DNA of 61,200 nt, counting the filler, from Catajapyx aquilonaris (lineage: Eukaryota): the NCBI GenBank assembly GCA_000934665.2. It is 3 parts of 3 records of this genome, joined end to end, with 100 filler letters (N's around TTAATTAATTAA, not from the genome) between each part and the next. Parts side by side here need not be neighbours in the genome. Positions count along the whole stretch, not along the records: positions 20,692 to 40,942 come from JYFJ02006323.1; 2 more parts are not named here. The stretch is one strand, 5' to 3'. This document shows positions 21,601-35,992 of the stretch, in pieces. The stretch's first letter is position 1. The number at the start of each line of letters is the position of its first letter. The notes under the pieces are model-generated. The model made no database searches and was not told the DNA's origin. It saw only the letters and a list, made by a program, of their open reading frames with translations. Position numbers and translations under genes: made by a program.

Positions 21601-24600
21601 CTCGGCACTTGAATAAGCCCAATTCATTTTGGGCTGGAAAACCTCCATAGGGCCCGCTAAAAATAGTGGCCAAAAAACATACATATATCAGAAAAAAGGA
21701 AAGGTTGGCTGGAGAGAAAAGGAACTCAATTCTCGGCGGGCAATGAAGGAACATGCAGAGGAAAAGGCAATTTCCTTGGCCTAGTGTTAGGGGAGACGGT
21801 GCAAGGGGAGGGCCTCCAGTCACAGACAGGCAGACCAGACAACGGGGGACGAGGAAACAACGAGGCCTGAAACGGCGACTGCAATCCTCAGCTCTGGGAA
21901 GAAGTCCATCCTTTAGCGCCTCCCAACCCATCCTATTTTCCACTAACAGCTCCTTGTTTCCTTTCCTCTCTTTTACTGGCAAAAGCACGAATGCCAGAGT
22001 GTGGCGTAAAAGGAGGTGGAGGGAGTCCAAGGGGGGCCTTTATTATGCTGCACTCTCTCTCTCTCTCTCTCTCTCTTTTGTTTTCTCCAGAAAAGGAAGG
22101 CCGAATGAGAGTGAAGGCGGGATTGGGCGGAGGTAAACATGAATTGAAGGGATTGGGCTAAGTCCGCCCAATTTTCGGGCACAAATTGGTTGGGTTGAAG
22201 CAGGGTTTCTTGCTGATTTTTTTTTTTGCGGAAATGGTGCTGGGATTGTTGAGGGATATTGCGATGTTGATGTGATTGCACGCTTATGATGAGCGTACAG
22301 GTGAAAATCCTTCTAGAGTCAGTATTGGTGGTGTTATGTAATAATGGGTCAACCCACAAAAATGTCAATATTTAGTTAAGCCCAGGAACATACACCCAAA
22401 GGATCAATTGGAACACTCCGGAATTGCGTGATAATCACTTCAAAAATTAAAATAAATTAAATTCAAAAAGTCCCTGATTCTGAAAATATACTAGTACAGT
22501 ATAACAAAAAACAATTCTCCTTCAATTATGTGCTAGATAAATCACAAGTTATTTCAAAGAGCAATGCACTCATACAAATCCAAAGCGGTATTAATATTGT
22601 TATTATTAATAAACCCTGAATATTAATCATCCACTTTAAAACATTTAACACACATCAAAATAATACTAATATTAATCCAGAACAACATGGTTAAGTGTGC
22701 AGTGAAGTATAGTCCGCGGGCGGTAGAACCTTAAACAAAGTAAAAGTGTTGTCATCGTTAACGAGAAAACCGATGCCGATACCTCGTTCTCCGACGTCAG
22801 ATTTGCAACACTCTCAACTTATCCCCTACGAGATTTACGCCTCTCCAAAATCCAATGTGGAAACCTAAGTGTATCACAATCAGTTTAATGGTTCGAAGCG
22901 TTATCCTTCCATGGGTAAAGGGAGTAGTTTCTTATCGGCTCTAATACGTTTCTGCCTAGAGGAACGCATTATAACCCTACAATGTCGCCGAATTGAATTT
23001 ACAGCTTTCCTGCGCCTCATTTCCGCCAAAATCTCGTCGCCAGTTACTAACTGTTCCTCCCGTTGCCATCGTCTTACCCGCGATTTATACCGTAGAAGGA
23101 AAGGCTTGGGACCAAGTAATAAATGTGCTGGAGAAAAGACCAAACGCCAAACTTGTCCAAAATTCTACTACTAATTACAAAGACGACCTAAATTCAGGCT
23201 GGTGGATAGAGAGGAAAACAAGTTCAAAAACGGTAATAACTTTCATTACGGACGACGCAAAAACATTGGCTCGACTCAAAAAAATGGCCTTGCCATACAT
23301 AATCACGACACCTAATGTTTCATTCATCAGCATTTTAATCCATACTTCACTTTTGTGTTGAGCAACGTTGGAATCAATATCTGGCTCTGATGGAACCCCT
23401 CGTGATCTCATTTATCGTATCTGTTTGATCTACAGTATGTAACAGCTAATCTTGTTTCCTAAATATGGGGCACAGGCAGGTAATTGACCTCGTATATTTC
23501 CACGCCCTTTTTTGATGACCACTGCACGTAAATAGGCTGTGCTTTCCTGGATGATTAAATTTACTGTTGTAGTCAGCTCACTCGCCTTTTTTAAGCAACG
23601 CAAACGCTCTAGCCATGTCAAATGTAGCAACATATACGTTTTTGCATGCAGATTAGGTGGGCATATATCATTGACAAATGCAGAAAAAGATGTCACTGGA
23701 AAAAGTCATATCTACATTTTTTTTGCAAAGTTTTGCAAGCTTTTTCTCATTATTCGTGTTTTCTTTGATGTTTTGATCAGAACTTTTCTCTGTGACGTGT
23801 TGTTCTAGATGTTTTCCTCTTCTTTACATTCTGCTGTGATTGCCATGGCATGTCAGACGCATCCATAATCCACTCTCTAACTTTGATATGCAAATTCAAT
23901 TCATTTGTGCATAAAATACTCCCCCAGTGTGAATGGGCAATGAGATTTTCTGTGACACTGTGAACGTGTGAATTACCGAATGGTGGACAAAAACCGGATC
24001 CTAAATCCTGGCCCATTTGTCTCTCCAAAACCACATCCAAGCAGAGCCTGAAATCCTCAAAGCTCGGAGGCATCCGCACATGCAAGCCCCTTCCTCAGCG
24101 CCAAAAGCGGTCACAGTATGAAATATTAAGACGCAGCAGCCAACCAGAACCGGGGAGAGAGAGAAGCTCTACTGGAAACATGTCCGCCGTGGAATTTATA
24201 AATTAGTCCCCATTGTACACGTACTGAAGCTTCGGGGACGAGTGAAAAGCGAGACGAATTACTCTTTCCGGAGTTGCCGCCAAATCTACACTCAGCCAGG
24301 AATGGCAACCATGAGATATTCCGTGGCTAAGAGCAAGAAATTCACTTTCAACTACGTCACAAATCTTCTGCAGAATTATCATAGACTCATATGGTTATCA
24401 TCAGAATAACAATTATGCAGGGAGCTATATGGTGGATTTTCACGCCCGCATACCTCATTCATGGATATGGAATATGCAAGCGTCTCTCCGGGATTTTCTA
24501 TTCTCGATTGTGTGTTCCGAGTAATAAGCGGACCCCACAATCGAGAATCGAGAAGCTTGCATTTTCCTGATTCATGCACCGACATGAGCTCCCCTTCGTA

Positions 24601-27600
24601 ACACCTTCTGAGGTGACTTTCAGACAGGCCAACGGTTTTTAATGGTCTAGTGGTCTAACGGTTTTTAACGATCTACTGGTCTAACGGTTTTTGGCTCATA
24701 CCAGGCCTACTGGCTGCACTGTAAGGTTTACAAAATATGGTATTGCACACAAACAGGCAGATATACTTACAGATTGTAGTGGACATCGGCCATGTTGCTG
24801 CGAAACTTGAGCGCCCTCTTATACGCCCACTCTGCTTCGGAGACCCTTCCTTGGGCACTCAGCACGTTCCCCAAGTTACCGTAGGCTAAAGAGAGAAAAA
24901 TAGGATCATCAGATTACACAAACTATGTTTTCTACAAAGCTGATATGGACAGAATTGTAGCGCACTCTTGAAAATCTGTAGTGCGCTTGAAAAATCAGAG
25001 GTGCAGTTAGAAAGTAGGAGGAGGTAGGGAGGAATTGGATACCAGAAGTGCACTTGAGAATATCCATACTGTGGGTTTGAGGGGGAAAAAAAATTGGTAG
25101 TGCACTTTATAAATCAATAACGTACTATCAGCACCGTGTGTAGCAGAAATTTTGTGGGTTGTCTCTATCTGCAAATGAGGGCAACGACCCTGTCCACACT
25201 CCATAGGTTCGAAATCCTTCCTGGATTGGGCTATTCAAACTTCTGTATATTCGCACAAGCTGTTGCGTGTTGCAACCAGAGTTTCCAGAATGTGCACCAT
25301 TTCTGCCGGTTCGATACGAAGCTAATGAGACTTGCTAATTGTCACTGCGCTCTCAAATTCATTTAATAACACTGACGCTTCTTTCATATTCTAAAAATTA
25401 TCTGCTGTATTATAAAACTGGGGCGTCACAATTATGGACAGTCAACAATATATTAATGAGGCCATCACACATCCAATCAATCATTTTCATCGCTCTATAC
25501 TTTTTTTAAATAAATTCAATTATGATGCAGATGTCAATAATACAAACCTAACTGTTCACCGCAGCCAAAAACGGCTACCAAAAAAATTCTATATTTTCAC
25601 CCTCACAACTCTTTTTCTTCCAGCTCTCCCTAGGCCCTTACCCACCCATGCTCTCTCTCATTTTTAGTGTTAATGAAGCCGCTGCTGAAGGAATTATCCG
25701 AGGGCGGGTAGGGGGGTAGGGAGGAGAAGGGAGGGAGGTAGCAGGCGAGCTCTGTGGCGCCGCCTGATTATGCCAAGCATACTAATGGTCTCCTCGAGCT
25801 GAAGCAATGGCGCAAGGGGACCAACCAGAGGCACCAGGGTAATTAAAGTACACCCCCTCGTCTTCCATAAAAAAAATATACTTTTTGCAATGCTCCAAGG
25901 CGTTGCCAATACTAAAAGTGATATCCAACTTTGAGGGGTGTATCTTGCAAATTTGAAGGAAAAAAAAAGTGTTTGGTCGCGTATTATTATGACACAATCT
26001 AGCTGCGAGTTAATGTCATCCTAATTTTAATAGCTGCCTCACATTTCCCATCCACCCCCTGTTAATATCCGTGATGTACCGTACGTGAGATTAACTGTTA
26101 ATGGGCGTAAAATTACAAATGCCAGTTTAGTTACAAAGTGTATCCAAACGTATGTTCACACCGCATGGTTCTGATCGTAGTTGTCAAGACTCCACACTGT
26201 CCACACTGCGACAGACTATATACGCAATCAATATAGAACGTGTTGATGCTGAAATTTTCATGGCAGCAAGAAGCTTATATTGCACTTTCCAGTAGGGGGA
26301 AAGTAACTGTGTATGCGTGCAGTAACCTCCACATGAGCTTCAAAAAAAAAGTCAGTGACTTGGTCAGTGACCATTCGACAATGCCTTTTGTACAAGTAAC
26401 ATGTCATTATTCATTCAGTACTCTGAGCGTGATTCTAGACTCATATCGAAAGGTTGATCGCAAGACAGTTTTAGACATCGACCATTATGAAAGAATAGGA
26501 ATGTCTTGTACAAGGTGTGCCAGAAGATATATTTTTTTCTTAGAACAACTGTAGAAGAATGAGGCGATGGACGTGTTACCGCGCAACTACGAAGGTGGCT
26601 GAGTGGCAACAAAACGCATTTTGTTGAGTTTAAAGCAACACTGCTCTCGAGTCATCTCATTATGCCTGGCGTGCACGGGCGTTCAACTGGTCTAATTGAA
26701 TCAGGAGCTGAGGGTATAGGATAGGGAGGGGGGATAGGAAGGGGAAGGTTCGGTAGGGAAAGGGAAGGAAGGCAGGGGAAGGAGGGGGGGTACACCTATA
26801 GAGATCAACTAATTACAAGGAGGCAGCCAGGAGTTGGTGGCGCCTGGAAAGAAAAGGGACCAAAAATTCGGGAGCCAAACTGGGTCAAATAGGGGTAAGG
26901 CGAAGGTTTGGTTGGCACAAAAGGGGTAGGGAGTTGGGGGGAGGGGTGCAAGGAAAAACGTCGATCTCGTATTAAAAAGAAGTTTGCGTGACTTAGGCGA
27001 ATCAGTGATGGTAGAATGACAGGAGAATATCAATAAAATGGCCGAACCCTCCACTTCTGGGGATGTTGAAAAAGTTTTGTCTTGTCAAGCCGCAAATCAA
27101 GGGTTGGCCACTTGCGGTCACATCGAGGCTAATTATTCATTAGGAAATATTAACGATCTGGGCGTACAGTTGATTTTGTACCTTAACCAACAAAATGGTA
27201 TTTCAGAATGGAATGGGCCACAGGCTATTGAGGAGCAACAATGGCATTCTTTAATATCGAAAACATCGTGCAAAATTTATTGAACACTCCGGTAAGTGAA
27301 TCTGGTCCCTGGTTGACACAAATGACTGCCGGCTACTGCTGACAGATATTTCCGATAGCATTATTACGGAAATTGCGGGTTGACATAGAAGTGGGTGCCG
27401 ATTCTGTAACCCATCGAATTGTCACATGTCACGTGTAATCGCGTGTAACAGTCCAGCTAGCATGGCAGAAAAATGTCTGCTGTTAAGCCATTATGCACAG
27501 TGTGACACTGCATCCACAAGATGGGGTTGGTTTCTGCGAGAGGGCAGTTTCGTCAAGAGATGGCGGGAGTGTCGTGTGGTAAACCTAGAAGGAGGCTAGG

Positions 27601-29279
27601 AGTTGTCCAATGAGCCGGAGACGAGGCTAGTTTAGGTTGTTGCCACTTGCCAACCGGTGTATTATCGGACAACGATCACGAAAAAACAACTAGGTCAGAT
27701 TTCGCAACAGGTTTCTCTGTAGTTTGTAACCAGAGTCCATCTTGGTCCACCAAAACACGAAACTTCTTGACGCAACTACCTATGACGTCAACACTTCAGC
27801 TCGACCGCACTTCAGAGTACACTTCATCTACCACAGTATTCGAGCCGAATCGGAAAGCAAAAGCTGGCCAACTATAGATATACAGCGTCTATAGGCCCCC
27901 ATCCAGCACCCAGCTAGAGCCGTATTTCATTGGGAAAATCTCTCCACGAGTCATCCGTCATGCGATGCTGCGGCCTCCACAGACTTAATGCATCACTATT
28001 TCCTACCGAATCGACAGACCAGATCAGAATCTCTAAGGAAACGTGTCTTCATCTGCCTGATCCTCATCAGTTCTTCTGGTGAGGTCAACAGGTCCTTACG
28101 TACACAAATTATTCTTTGAAAAATCATTGCTGACAAATTATTTCATTAAGTTTCTTCACCTTAGCACGGATTTCTCAATCAGATAACTCAGATCGCTTCG
28201 GGGAGGGGGGGTCAAGGAATTGGGGAAAGAAAAAACGGAAATCGAAGAAACCGTTGGCCTCCAGGAGGCAGCACCTTCTCCCCCATTAAAAAGAATGCCA
28301 GAAAAGGCCCTCCTTTTCCCCCCCAATTCGTGCTTAGGCAGCAAGTTGTAGAGAGATTGGTCCGTTGGGTGGAGGGGGGAGTAAGGGACCGCTGACTTAG
28401 CATACTTAGCTGATGATTTCCGACGAAAAATTCGCCTCAGAGGTGATTGTCAGTAAGAAAAATAGCATCCGATCTCCTTTCTCTCCCTTCCCGCCCCCCC
28501 GCCCCCCCGACCCAACCCCCATTCCAGGCCAAGGAGTTGAAAAGGACGCGTTCTTTTCGCACCAGACGGAGGTGAAAAATACTTTCTGATGGCTCCCTAC
28601 TTTTTTTCTGGATAGAAAACGGATTTGGGCTCCGCAATTGATTTACTGCGGGACCACCTCCTTTTCCACCCCTTCTAAGGAACACAAAAAGAAGAAGAAA
28701 CCTTGACCCCAAACAACAATTTTTTATATTATGAAACGTCCAAAAACATGGTTATGTGCTGCGATCATGCATGTACATATGCGGAGTGGCGCACACCCTG
28801 GGCCTCCGGGGGTTTGGCCCTGATAAAAGTGCAATGGCAGGGCAACTAATGTGATGTGGTTTCCTGCTTGCGGCTCTTCCCGCAGCTGTTGCGCCAGGGG
28901 ACGAGCATATAATGAGAGTCACATTTTTGCATTCAACCCCTCAACCCTGCCTACCCACCCACCCCCCATATGCCCATTCCCTACCAGCCTTCCCCTACCT
29001 ACACTCTAAACAGTCATAAATTTGCGCAAACGGGTCTTCGGACCTCGGGCACCAAATCAAATTGGAAAATAGTGTGGAAAGGTGGTGCACTATTTGCAAT
29101 GTGTCATGGTCTAGCCTCGCTCTAGGCTCTCACGACTACTAATACAACCTTCAAGCCTCCTCCCAGGTCCCGACTATCACCCGTCAACATCATCCCTTGG
29201 TAAAATTGTCAACACTCTACGTATGACCACCTTCACTTGAAAATCAAGTGAAGGTGGTCATAATTATGGAGGGCTTCAT

Positions 29280-29790
29280 TTTTAGACTTTTTCGAGAAAA
29301 AATCTAAAAGAACGGCTCTGTCTGTCTGTGGACAGGTATCAGACAGACAGACAGAACCGTGCTATAAGACTTTTTTTGATTTTCGGGTTCCGGGTTCACT
29401 CTATCCGCCCCTTTCCCCTGGCTGCCCACTCCCCTCACCGCCCATTTCCCCCACCTCCAGATCACCATTTCCCCCCTCCTTCCTCCTACCCCATGATACC
29501 TGATGCCTGTCCACAGACGGACGGACGGACAGAGCCGTGCTATAAAACTTTTTCGATGGGTGAAAAAAGGTCTAAAAGATGGGTTTGCCAGAATAGATTT
29601 TTTAAAGGGGACAGGGGTGGTCTGAGGGTAGGAGGAGGGAGGGAAAGGATAAGTCCACTTTTGGCCGAAATTGAGTTATGTGTGGGTGGTTTCAGATTCA
29701 GTCCCAGTACCGTGACGGACGTTGGGGACAATAGCAACATGAAAAAGTCTACTCTAATCACGCTCACGTGATTTGTCAATCTTGTCTCAA
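29280..29790. repeat. Dispersed repeat family (second copy ~34476-34770); Helitron/DINE-like with GACA microsatellite
   Basis: Shared blocks ctgtggacaggtatcagac(a/g)gacagacaga..ccgtgctataagacttttt..gattttcgggttccgggttcactctatcc and gtgac.gacgttggggacaata..aacatgaaaaagtctact.taatcacgctcacgtgatttg. Confidence 0.75.
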
Positions 29791-32504
29791 TGAAGGTGAT
29801 GGTCATACCGGAGAGTGTTGATAATTTTGCCAAGTGTTGACGGGCGAGAGTCCGATGTCCAATGTTTAGTCTAATACTAAAGGTGCATGGCAAAAGGAGG
29901 ATTGTATGCCCTATATAGCCTCAGATGTTGATGACTCTCAAGCGGAAAATCTCCTTCTCGGAACCCACCCTCCGAAAGTTGGTCCTTGGCTTTTTGCCCG
30001 CGTTTACCAGCAGATCCTACCATTCATCCCAAGAGCGCCATTATAAATTACTTTGGTAGCAAACTCTGTGGGAGACACGATTCCGGACCTCCTGCTTCTC
30101 CCATTTATACCTCCCCTCACCTTCTTTCGCGCCATAAAATATCAATTTCGCACCAGAATGGTATCGTTCCGTTTGTAGCCACTCGAAAGAATTCCGAAGC
30201 TCCTGAACGTACCACCCGGTCTAACCAGCCAACACCAAAAGACTCGTTCGTGCTAAGCAAAAGAGGAAATTGCATGTAAAGTACAGTATGTGCGCCAATT
30301 GCTTGACATCCAGGTCCGGAGATGGTTTTACTGCCCTATCGCTCTTCAACATTTTTATTCTTTGCGACATGTTACAAAAGGAGCATCTTTACCGTGTACA
30401 TAGTACAGAGGGCAATAAAATTACTGCACGCTTGCAGATGCAATCATGGCAATTACATGCACCCTTACAAGTGATTACAGTTACACGCTCCTTCATGTAA
30501 GTAAAAGTCAAGCTTATTCATGTGTGCTTGACTGTAATACAATCAAGGCAAACCAAGTTATATTGTTTGAATAATTACACGGCCTAGCTGGTGTGCTTTG
30601 TTAGTGTTGTACAAGCACATGAAAGGGTACTTTTAAGAGGCTGCCGCGAGTCTAGTTGATACGAGATATCCCCAAGGTACTTTTCCATACATTTTGTAGT
30701 CGTCCCCAGCAAGCTCTTTTCCCGCCCACATAAACCGCTAGAAATCTCTAGCCAAACCCGTGTCTCGTCCTCAAAACCACACCACCAATCCCCAATGGAT
30801 TTGTGTCTAGTCGCCATGTTGTATGTTTGCGATGCTAACTCTTCCTGCATCATTCAGCAGCCCACACCAGCCTAGGCTACTGTAAGGGCAGTAACGAGAG
30901 ACAGTCTCCTTTTATGTACTGGTCGATGTGTGAGACCAATGCATTATATATTCTTGCACCTTTATTATGCAGTAATTGAAGCCGCGTGTCTGCTTCAATT
31001 ATAAACACATCTCTCACATATAGTATGCAGGGTCATTCACTGATCTAGGCTACTGTATAGTATACTACGAGAGCTGTAAAAGTGAAAACATTACTTTGTC
31101 GCAGCAAGTACAGTACAGTTTCATCAAATGCAATGGTCCAATTTATCCAAGCTGATCTACTAGCGTAAAATAAAGTTCAGGCATCATACTAAACAAGTTA
31201 TAACAATGGCCGCAGCAGTGATCCAGTTCTTGTACTATCCATAATAATATTGTTGATTAAAATATGGCAATGTTGACAATGTTATCGGTAGCATATTTTA
31301 TGTTATAATTGCTCATATGCGCAATGTAATTTGACAGAGAAGAAGAGATTGGAAACCCGCGATTTTATCGTCATCACTTTATGTCGACTTCATCTCAACA
31401 CTTGCTAGAATGATGTAAGGAAATCGACATGCGAAGTTTCCGAGCATTACACAAGTGAATGTACTGTGACTGATGAAGAGCTAACGTCATTTAGCTATTA
31501 CCATCCATCCATCATCCCGCTAAAATAACTCTGCAATCAATTTTAAATTACATGTCACGTTACAAAAGGAACAAAAAGGGGTTCGTTTATTCAAACTTCT
31601 AAAGAGAAGATGTATGGCATGGGATATTTTATAATAGTCTTTACTGCGATGGATCAGCATTTCTCAAATAGGGGTGTGCTTTCTTATTGGCACCTAGACC
31701 CAATTTTAACCGACAATAACGGCATTATACATAAACAGAAAATCCTCGACTTAAGTAAGTGGTTCTGCAGGAATACTAGCATAGCGTAAGTCGCTTTTAC
31801 GTAACTAAAAGCATTGTTTTATTATAAACTTATAGTGTACGCGATGTTCCGAAACAACAAGTCCCGGCGCCATTTGTGTCAGTATATCTGTGTGATTCTA
31901 GGTGACAGCATCATTACTGATCGTCTTGTGTCCTACAGGCCCAGAAACGTTATTGTGACTTTGCCAATCTGTATTTTATCAATAATCACTGTGACTGGGA
32001 ACCAGAGGTCCGGTACAGTACCCTCACCAGGCACAAGTGTTGTGATTTTCGAATATTGCTACGTTGCCATTGTTCCATACATTCTGCAATATATTTTGCG
32101 CATGTTGTAAATTTTTAAAGTAAGTTCGGGGTACTTCTGTATTTTCTCCGATAAACAGAAAGGCATTCAAAATAATGCAGGCTACTTGTGTTACCGGCGA
32201 GGGACATTTTCGACATCTTTTCTACCCAGTATATCCGAGGCGCCTCCGGAGCATCATTTTGAGCGATACAAGTACTTCCTGGGTAGTTAGCGATATCCAA
32301 CATGATTATGCCAAAGGTGAAGTTTGAGAATTATTTTGATATGATGAGTCACGGGCAATCTCACTGCCTCCTTACTACTAGAAAAGGCAATGGTGAGGTG
32401 ATGTTGGGCGAAAGCTGCGCACATCCTGTTCAGACGATATTAGGGCTCCGAAAGGCGCCTCGTTTCAAAACGTACTGTAAATCCAATTGGGCTAGAAGCC
32501 TTAC

Positions 32505-33456
32505 CTTTGGGCGGGTTGATAGGTATCCCAGATCTATAGAGGTTTTCTTCGTTGTACCAGTCACTATTCCTCTGCAAGGTACGAACACTGAAGGCAGCCA
32601 GCATGAGAGCCAGTCCCAGAAGCAGAAGCTTCTTATGAGGTGACCTCCGGTACACGGCCTGATATCCCACCCCGAGCAGAATACAGTATCCAACGGAAGG
32701 GATATAAAGCACTCTTTCGGCGATGACGAATCCAACGTAGAAAAATAAGTTTGTGGCTGGTAGAAAAGGTATTGTCAGCAAGGCGACGGCCACGAGGACG
32801 ACCTCCCCGCGGTCACTGCTGGCGACCTTCCCCCATCCTAGTCTCGTCATGGTGCTCTTCCTGTGACTGCTCACTTTGACCACTAGCCCGTGTCGATATG
32901 TACTACTACAGTTAGCACTCCTAGAGGAGCAAGATGGTGGCTGCGGTGGTGGTGGTGGTGGTGGCGGTGGAAGCTTGAACAGCCTCGGAGGAAGGTTGTT
33001 GTTGTGGCAGCCGTGTTGGTGGTGGATCAACTGGGACTGATGGCATACCGGGCAGCACGACTGCAGCTCCTCTCGTGGCCGCCAACACAGCGGGTGGCGC
33101 CTCTGGTGGCGCCAGCAGAGCCCTCTTGCGCTGCGGTAGACCAGGCGGGCCAGAAGGACGTAGAATCCGGCGCTGAGCATGTTGCGGGGGTCCATCACAC
33201 TTCGGAGCCTAGGAATGGCCTCCATGGACCAGTCGAAGCTGAGCCACCTGGGCCACACCAAGAGTCCGAAGTTGAACACAGGCAAGTAGGAGAAGGTGAG
33301 GAAGCGCGTCCACCACGACGATTGGTGGGCAGTTGGGTTGTCCGAGCTGGCAAACTCGGGCGTTTGGGATCCCATGATGTACAGCCGAAGCTGAAGTAGG
33401 CCCACCAGACCCACACCAAGGCACGTCAGGCTCTCCAGAGCGCTACGGTGTCGTCC
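32505..33456 (-). CDS. TMTC2: Internal 952-nt exon of a TMTC-family protein O-mannosyltransferase (TMTC2-like)
   Basis: Family motifs FASSDNPTA..TRFLTFSYLPVFNFGLLVWPRWLSFDWSMEAIP (DUF1736), PFLPATNLFFYVGFVIAERVLYIPSVGYC and RTLQRNSDWYNEENLYRSGIPINPPK. Acceptor ttccatttcag|GGA at 33456 and donor AAAG|GTAAG at 32505. The paralogue assignment is less certain than the family. Confidence 0.85.
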
Positions 33457-34449
33457 CTGAAATGGAAAACCAAAGGAGTCAGATTGACTCTAGCTACTGC
33501 TCATATATAACATATATTTATATTCAACCCGTATATAGCCGTTTCCTTTGGTACACTGAAATCGAGCTTCCAGCTCCGACTAGCTAAGCCAATCTGAGAA
33601 TCTCCAGGTCCTTTGATCTCATCTCATTGCCACCCTGACGCAAAGTAATTTCTCCTCGGGACTTGTCGAACTTGATCTCACCTCATTAAACTACGCTGGC
33701 AGGCACTGAAAATCCATTGGCATCTAACTCCTTCAAATTAATCAAAAAGTGTTTCTGGGGCAAGGCTACCAAGAGGGATGGTGCAGGTGGAGGGGGGGGG
33801 GGTGTAGGATTAATCTGTTCCTGCAGGAAGATTCTTTTGATCCTTATGATCCCAACATAACTCCCTCGCTTCAATTCCCCCCATTACACCCCGGTCCTCC
33901 CCACCCCCATCCCCCGCGGTGTCCTGGGTCCTGGTAATTAAGCGGGCGATACTTCCATCAGCTGGGGTCATACATTACAACCTGTTTTCCATTTGATGAA
34001 GTAATTTGGCTGCTCCGACCCGCCAAAAGCGGCGCGCGGGAGATGAATGAGCATGGGCGAGGGTAGAGGGAGCCAGTGCGGTGTAGCCCGAGGGGGGGTG
34101 TAAAAAGATGGATGTGGCGAGTGAAAGACGGGAAATGTATACTATTAAGTGTAATTAGCCTAGGGCCACACCTGAGTCGAGTTGTTGAATGGTATCTGCG
34201 AATCCAGCTTAATTACCTATTTTTTAAAATTTTAATCATTCCGGACGGCAAACCACCCGAATTAGGAGGGAAAATAATTTACCGCTTATTTGACAGAGAC
34301 CGGTTGGTAAATGGAGTTCTAGTCAACACACATTTCTATAAGGGATATCCTCCAAGTCAGCCAGAAGCCGCAGGAGTTGCGCACCTAATTTGGCCTCAAA
34401 TTTATTCATAGAACGTGAGTGGGAGACTCTATTTTGGGACCAGAATATA

Positions 34450-34964
34450 CAGGGTGTTCCAAATTCGTGGGCCGTTTTAGACTTTTACGAAGGGAAAAAA
34501 ATCTTATAGAATGGCTCTGTCTATCTGTGGACAGGTATCAGACGGACAGACAGAGCCGTGCTATAAGACTTTTTTCGATTTTCGGGTTCCGGGTTCACTC
34601 TATCCACCCCTTCCCCCTGGCTGCTCCCCCCCGTCATCACCACCCTCTCCCCCTGACCCCCAGTCCACCCACCGCCCCCTTCCCAGTCCCGTGACTGACG
34701 TTGGGGACAATATAGCAGTAAACATGAAAAAGTCTACTATAATCACGCTCACGTGATTTGCCAATCTTGTGTTATACTGATATCGCCCAATAGTAGTTAT
34801 TTTTTGTAGTTCGATGTGCCCCTAACCAGGTGCCCCATTCTACAGTAGGCTATACCAACTGCTGTATTCGATCCCCTTGGATCGGGTCACAACAAGCTAC
34901 ACAAATATAACTACTATCGGGCGATATCAGTAATAAAAACGACATACGAATTAGGAACACCCTG
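34450..34964. mobile_element. Tc1/mariner-type MITE (TA-CAGGGTG...CACCCTG-TA) with nested repeat
   Basis: CAGGGTGTTCCAAATTCGT ... ACGAATTAGGAACACCCTG with TA on both sides; contains the 34476-34770 repeat and an inner inverted pair tactgatatcgccc.atagtagttat / ataactactatcgggcgatatcagta. Confidence 0.8.
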
Positions 34965-35705
34965 TATACATAGCCAGCAGGGTTATAGATACAGCATGGA
35001 ATAAAACTACCCAAACCTATATACATTTAATAAAAAAACTGTTCATTCAACTGACAAAACATTGGGTTGAAACAATCACAAAATGTTAACCATTTTTCAG
35101 CCAATTTAACTAAAAAATGGTTGAAATGAGCAAATTAGTTGGGCCAGTCATTTATATTTTTTCCAGTGTGCAGTTCAGTAATTACAGTGAAACTCCAGAT
35201 ATGACGAGGCTTATTCGGAACAAGTCATGTATGCCCGCTAGTTATTTGTAATCACGAGAGCGGTGCTTCACAGACGTTTAATTAAATTTGAGCGGCTTGG
35301 ATTTATACCAAGAGCATAGTAATGTACACCACTAAAGTTCATATATTTAGCGAGGATCCACTTCCGCTGAGGTCAAATCTCGGGTCAACGCAAAACCTCG
35401 GCCCAGCCTCGGAAACAGGCCAATTTATTGCCCGCCGCCTTCCTAGCTTCAGATAATATGAATATTTAAAAGGCAATCTTGGCTGATGTAAACAGCGGAA
35501 GGCCATGTTTTCATGCTAGCAACCTACGCTCCAAACTCTGATTAGGGTGCCCTTACTTTATTTCTTACTAGAGTGGCCCCACCTTGCTCAAAATTCGCAA
35601 TATTGGTCCGGTATACACGGGTCTAAAAGGTGTCCCCGATGGAGTTCAAGGCAGATGAGATGATGCACTTTATAACAAGGTAGACGAAAGAGGGGGGGGG
35701 GGGGN

Positions 35706-35992
35706 CACCCGGCGTTGCCCGGGAAGAAATGAATGAAGGGAAAACACCTGCCAGTAGCCCCGTCAACTGTCTGTCTTTCTGTGTGTCCGGCCACCAATGC
35801 CATCTGTGGTCCTGCTACTCCAACACCTTCAACCTCTCCCGCCTGTATAACGGCAACCGTCATTTGCCTGCCATCTGTAGTCAACTCCCAACACCTCCAT
35901 CCTCTCCCGGCCTGGGGGTAGAGCACAGATGGCAGGCAAATGACGGTTGGCAGGCGGACAGACAGACTCACTAACGGCTTTATTTATATAGA
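35706..35992 (-). mobile_element. Non-autonomous Helitron, copy 1
   Basis: Near-identical to 38477-38728; on the minus strand it starts TCTATATAAATAAAG and ends with the hairpin CCCGGGCAACGCCGGG. The 3' end is obscured by a G-run and an N. Confidence 0.75.

Noticed and set aside
32890..33399. 169-aa Trp-rich plus-strand ORF
   Set aside because: Antisense shadow of the TMTC exon (poly-CCA read as TGG).
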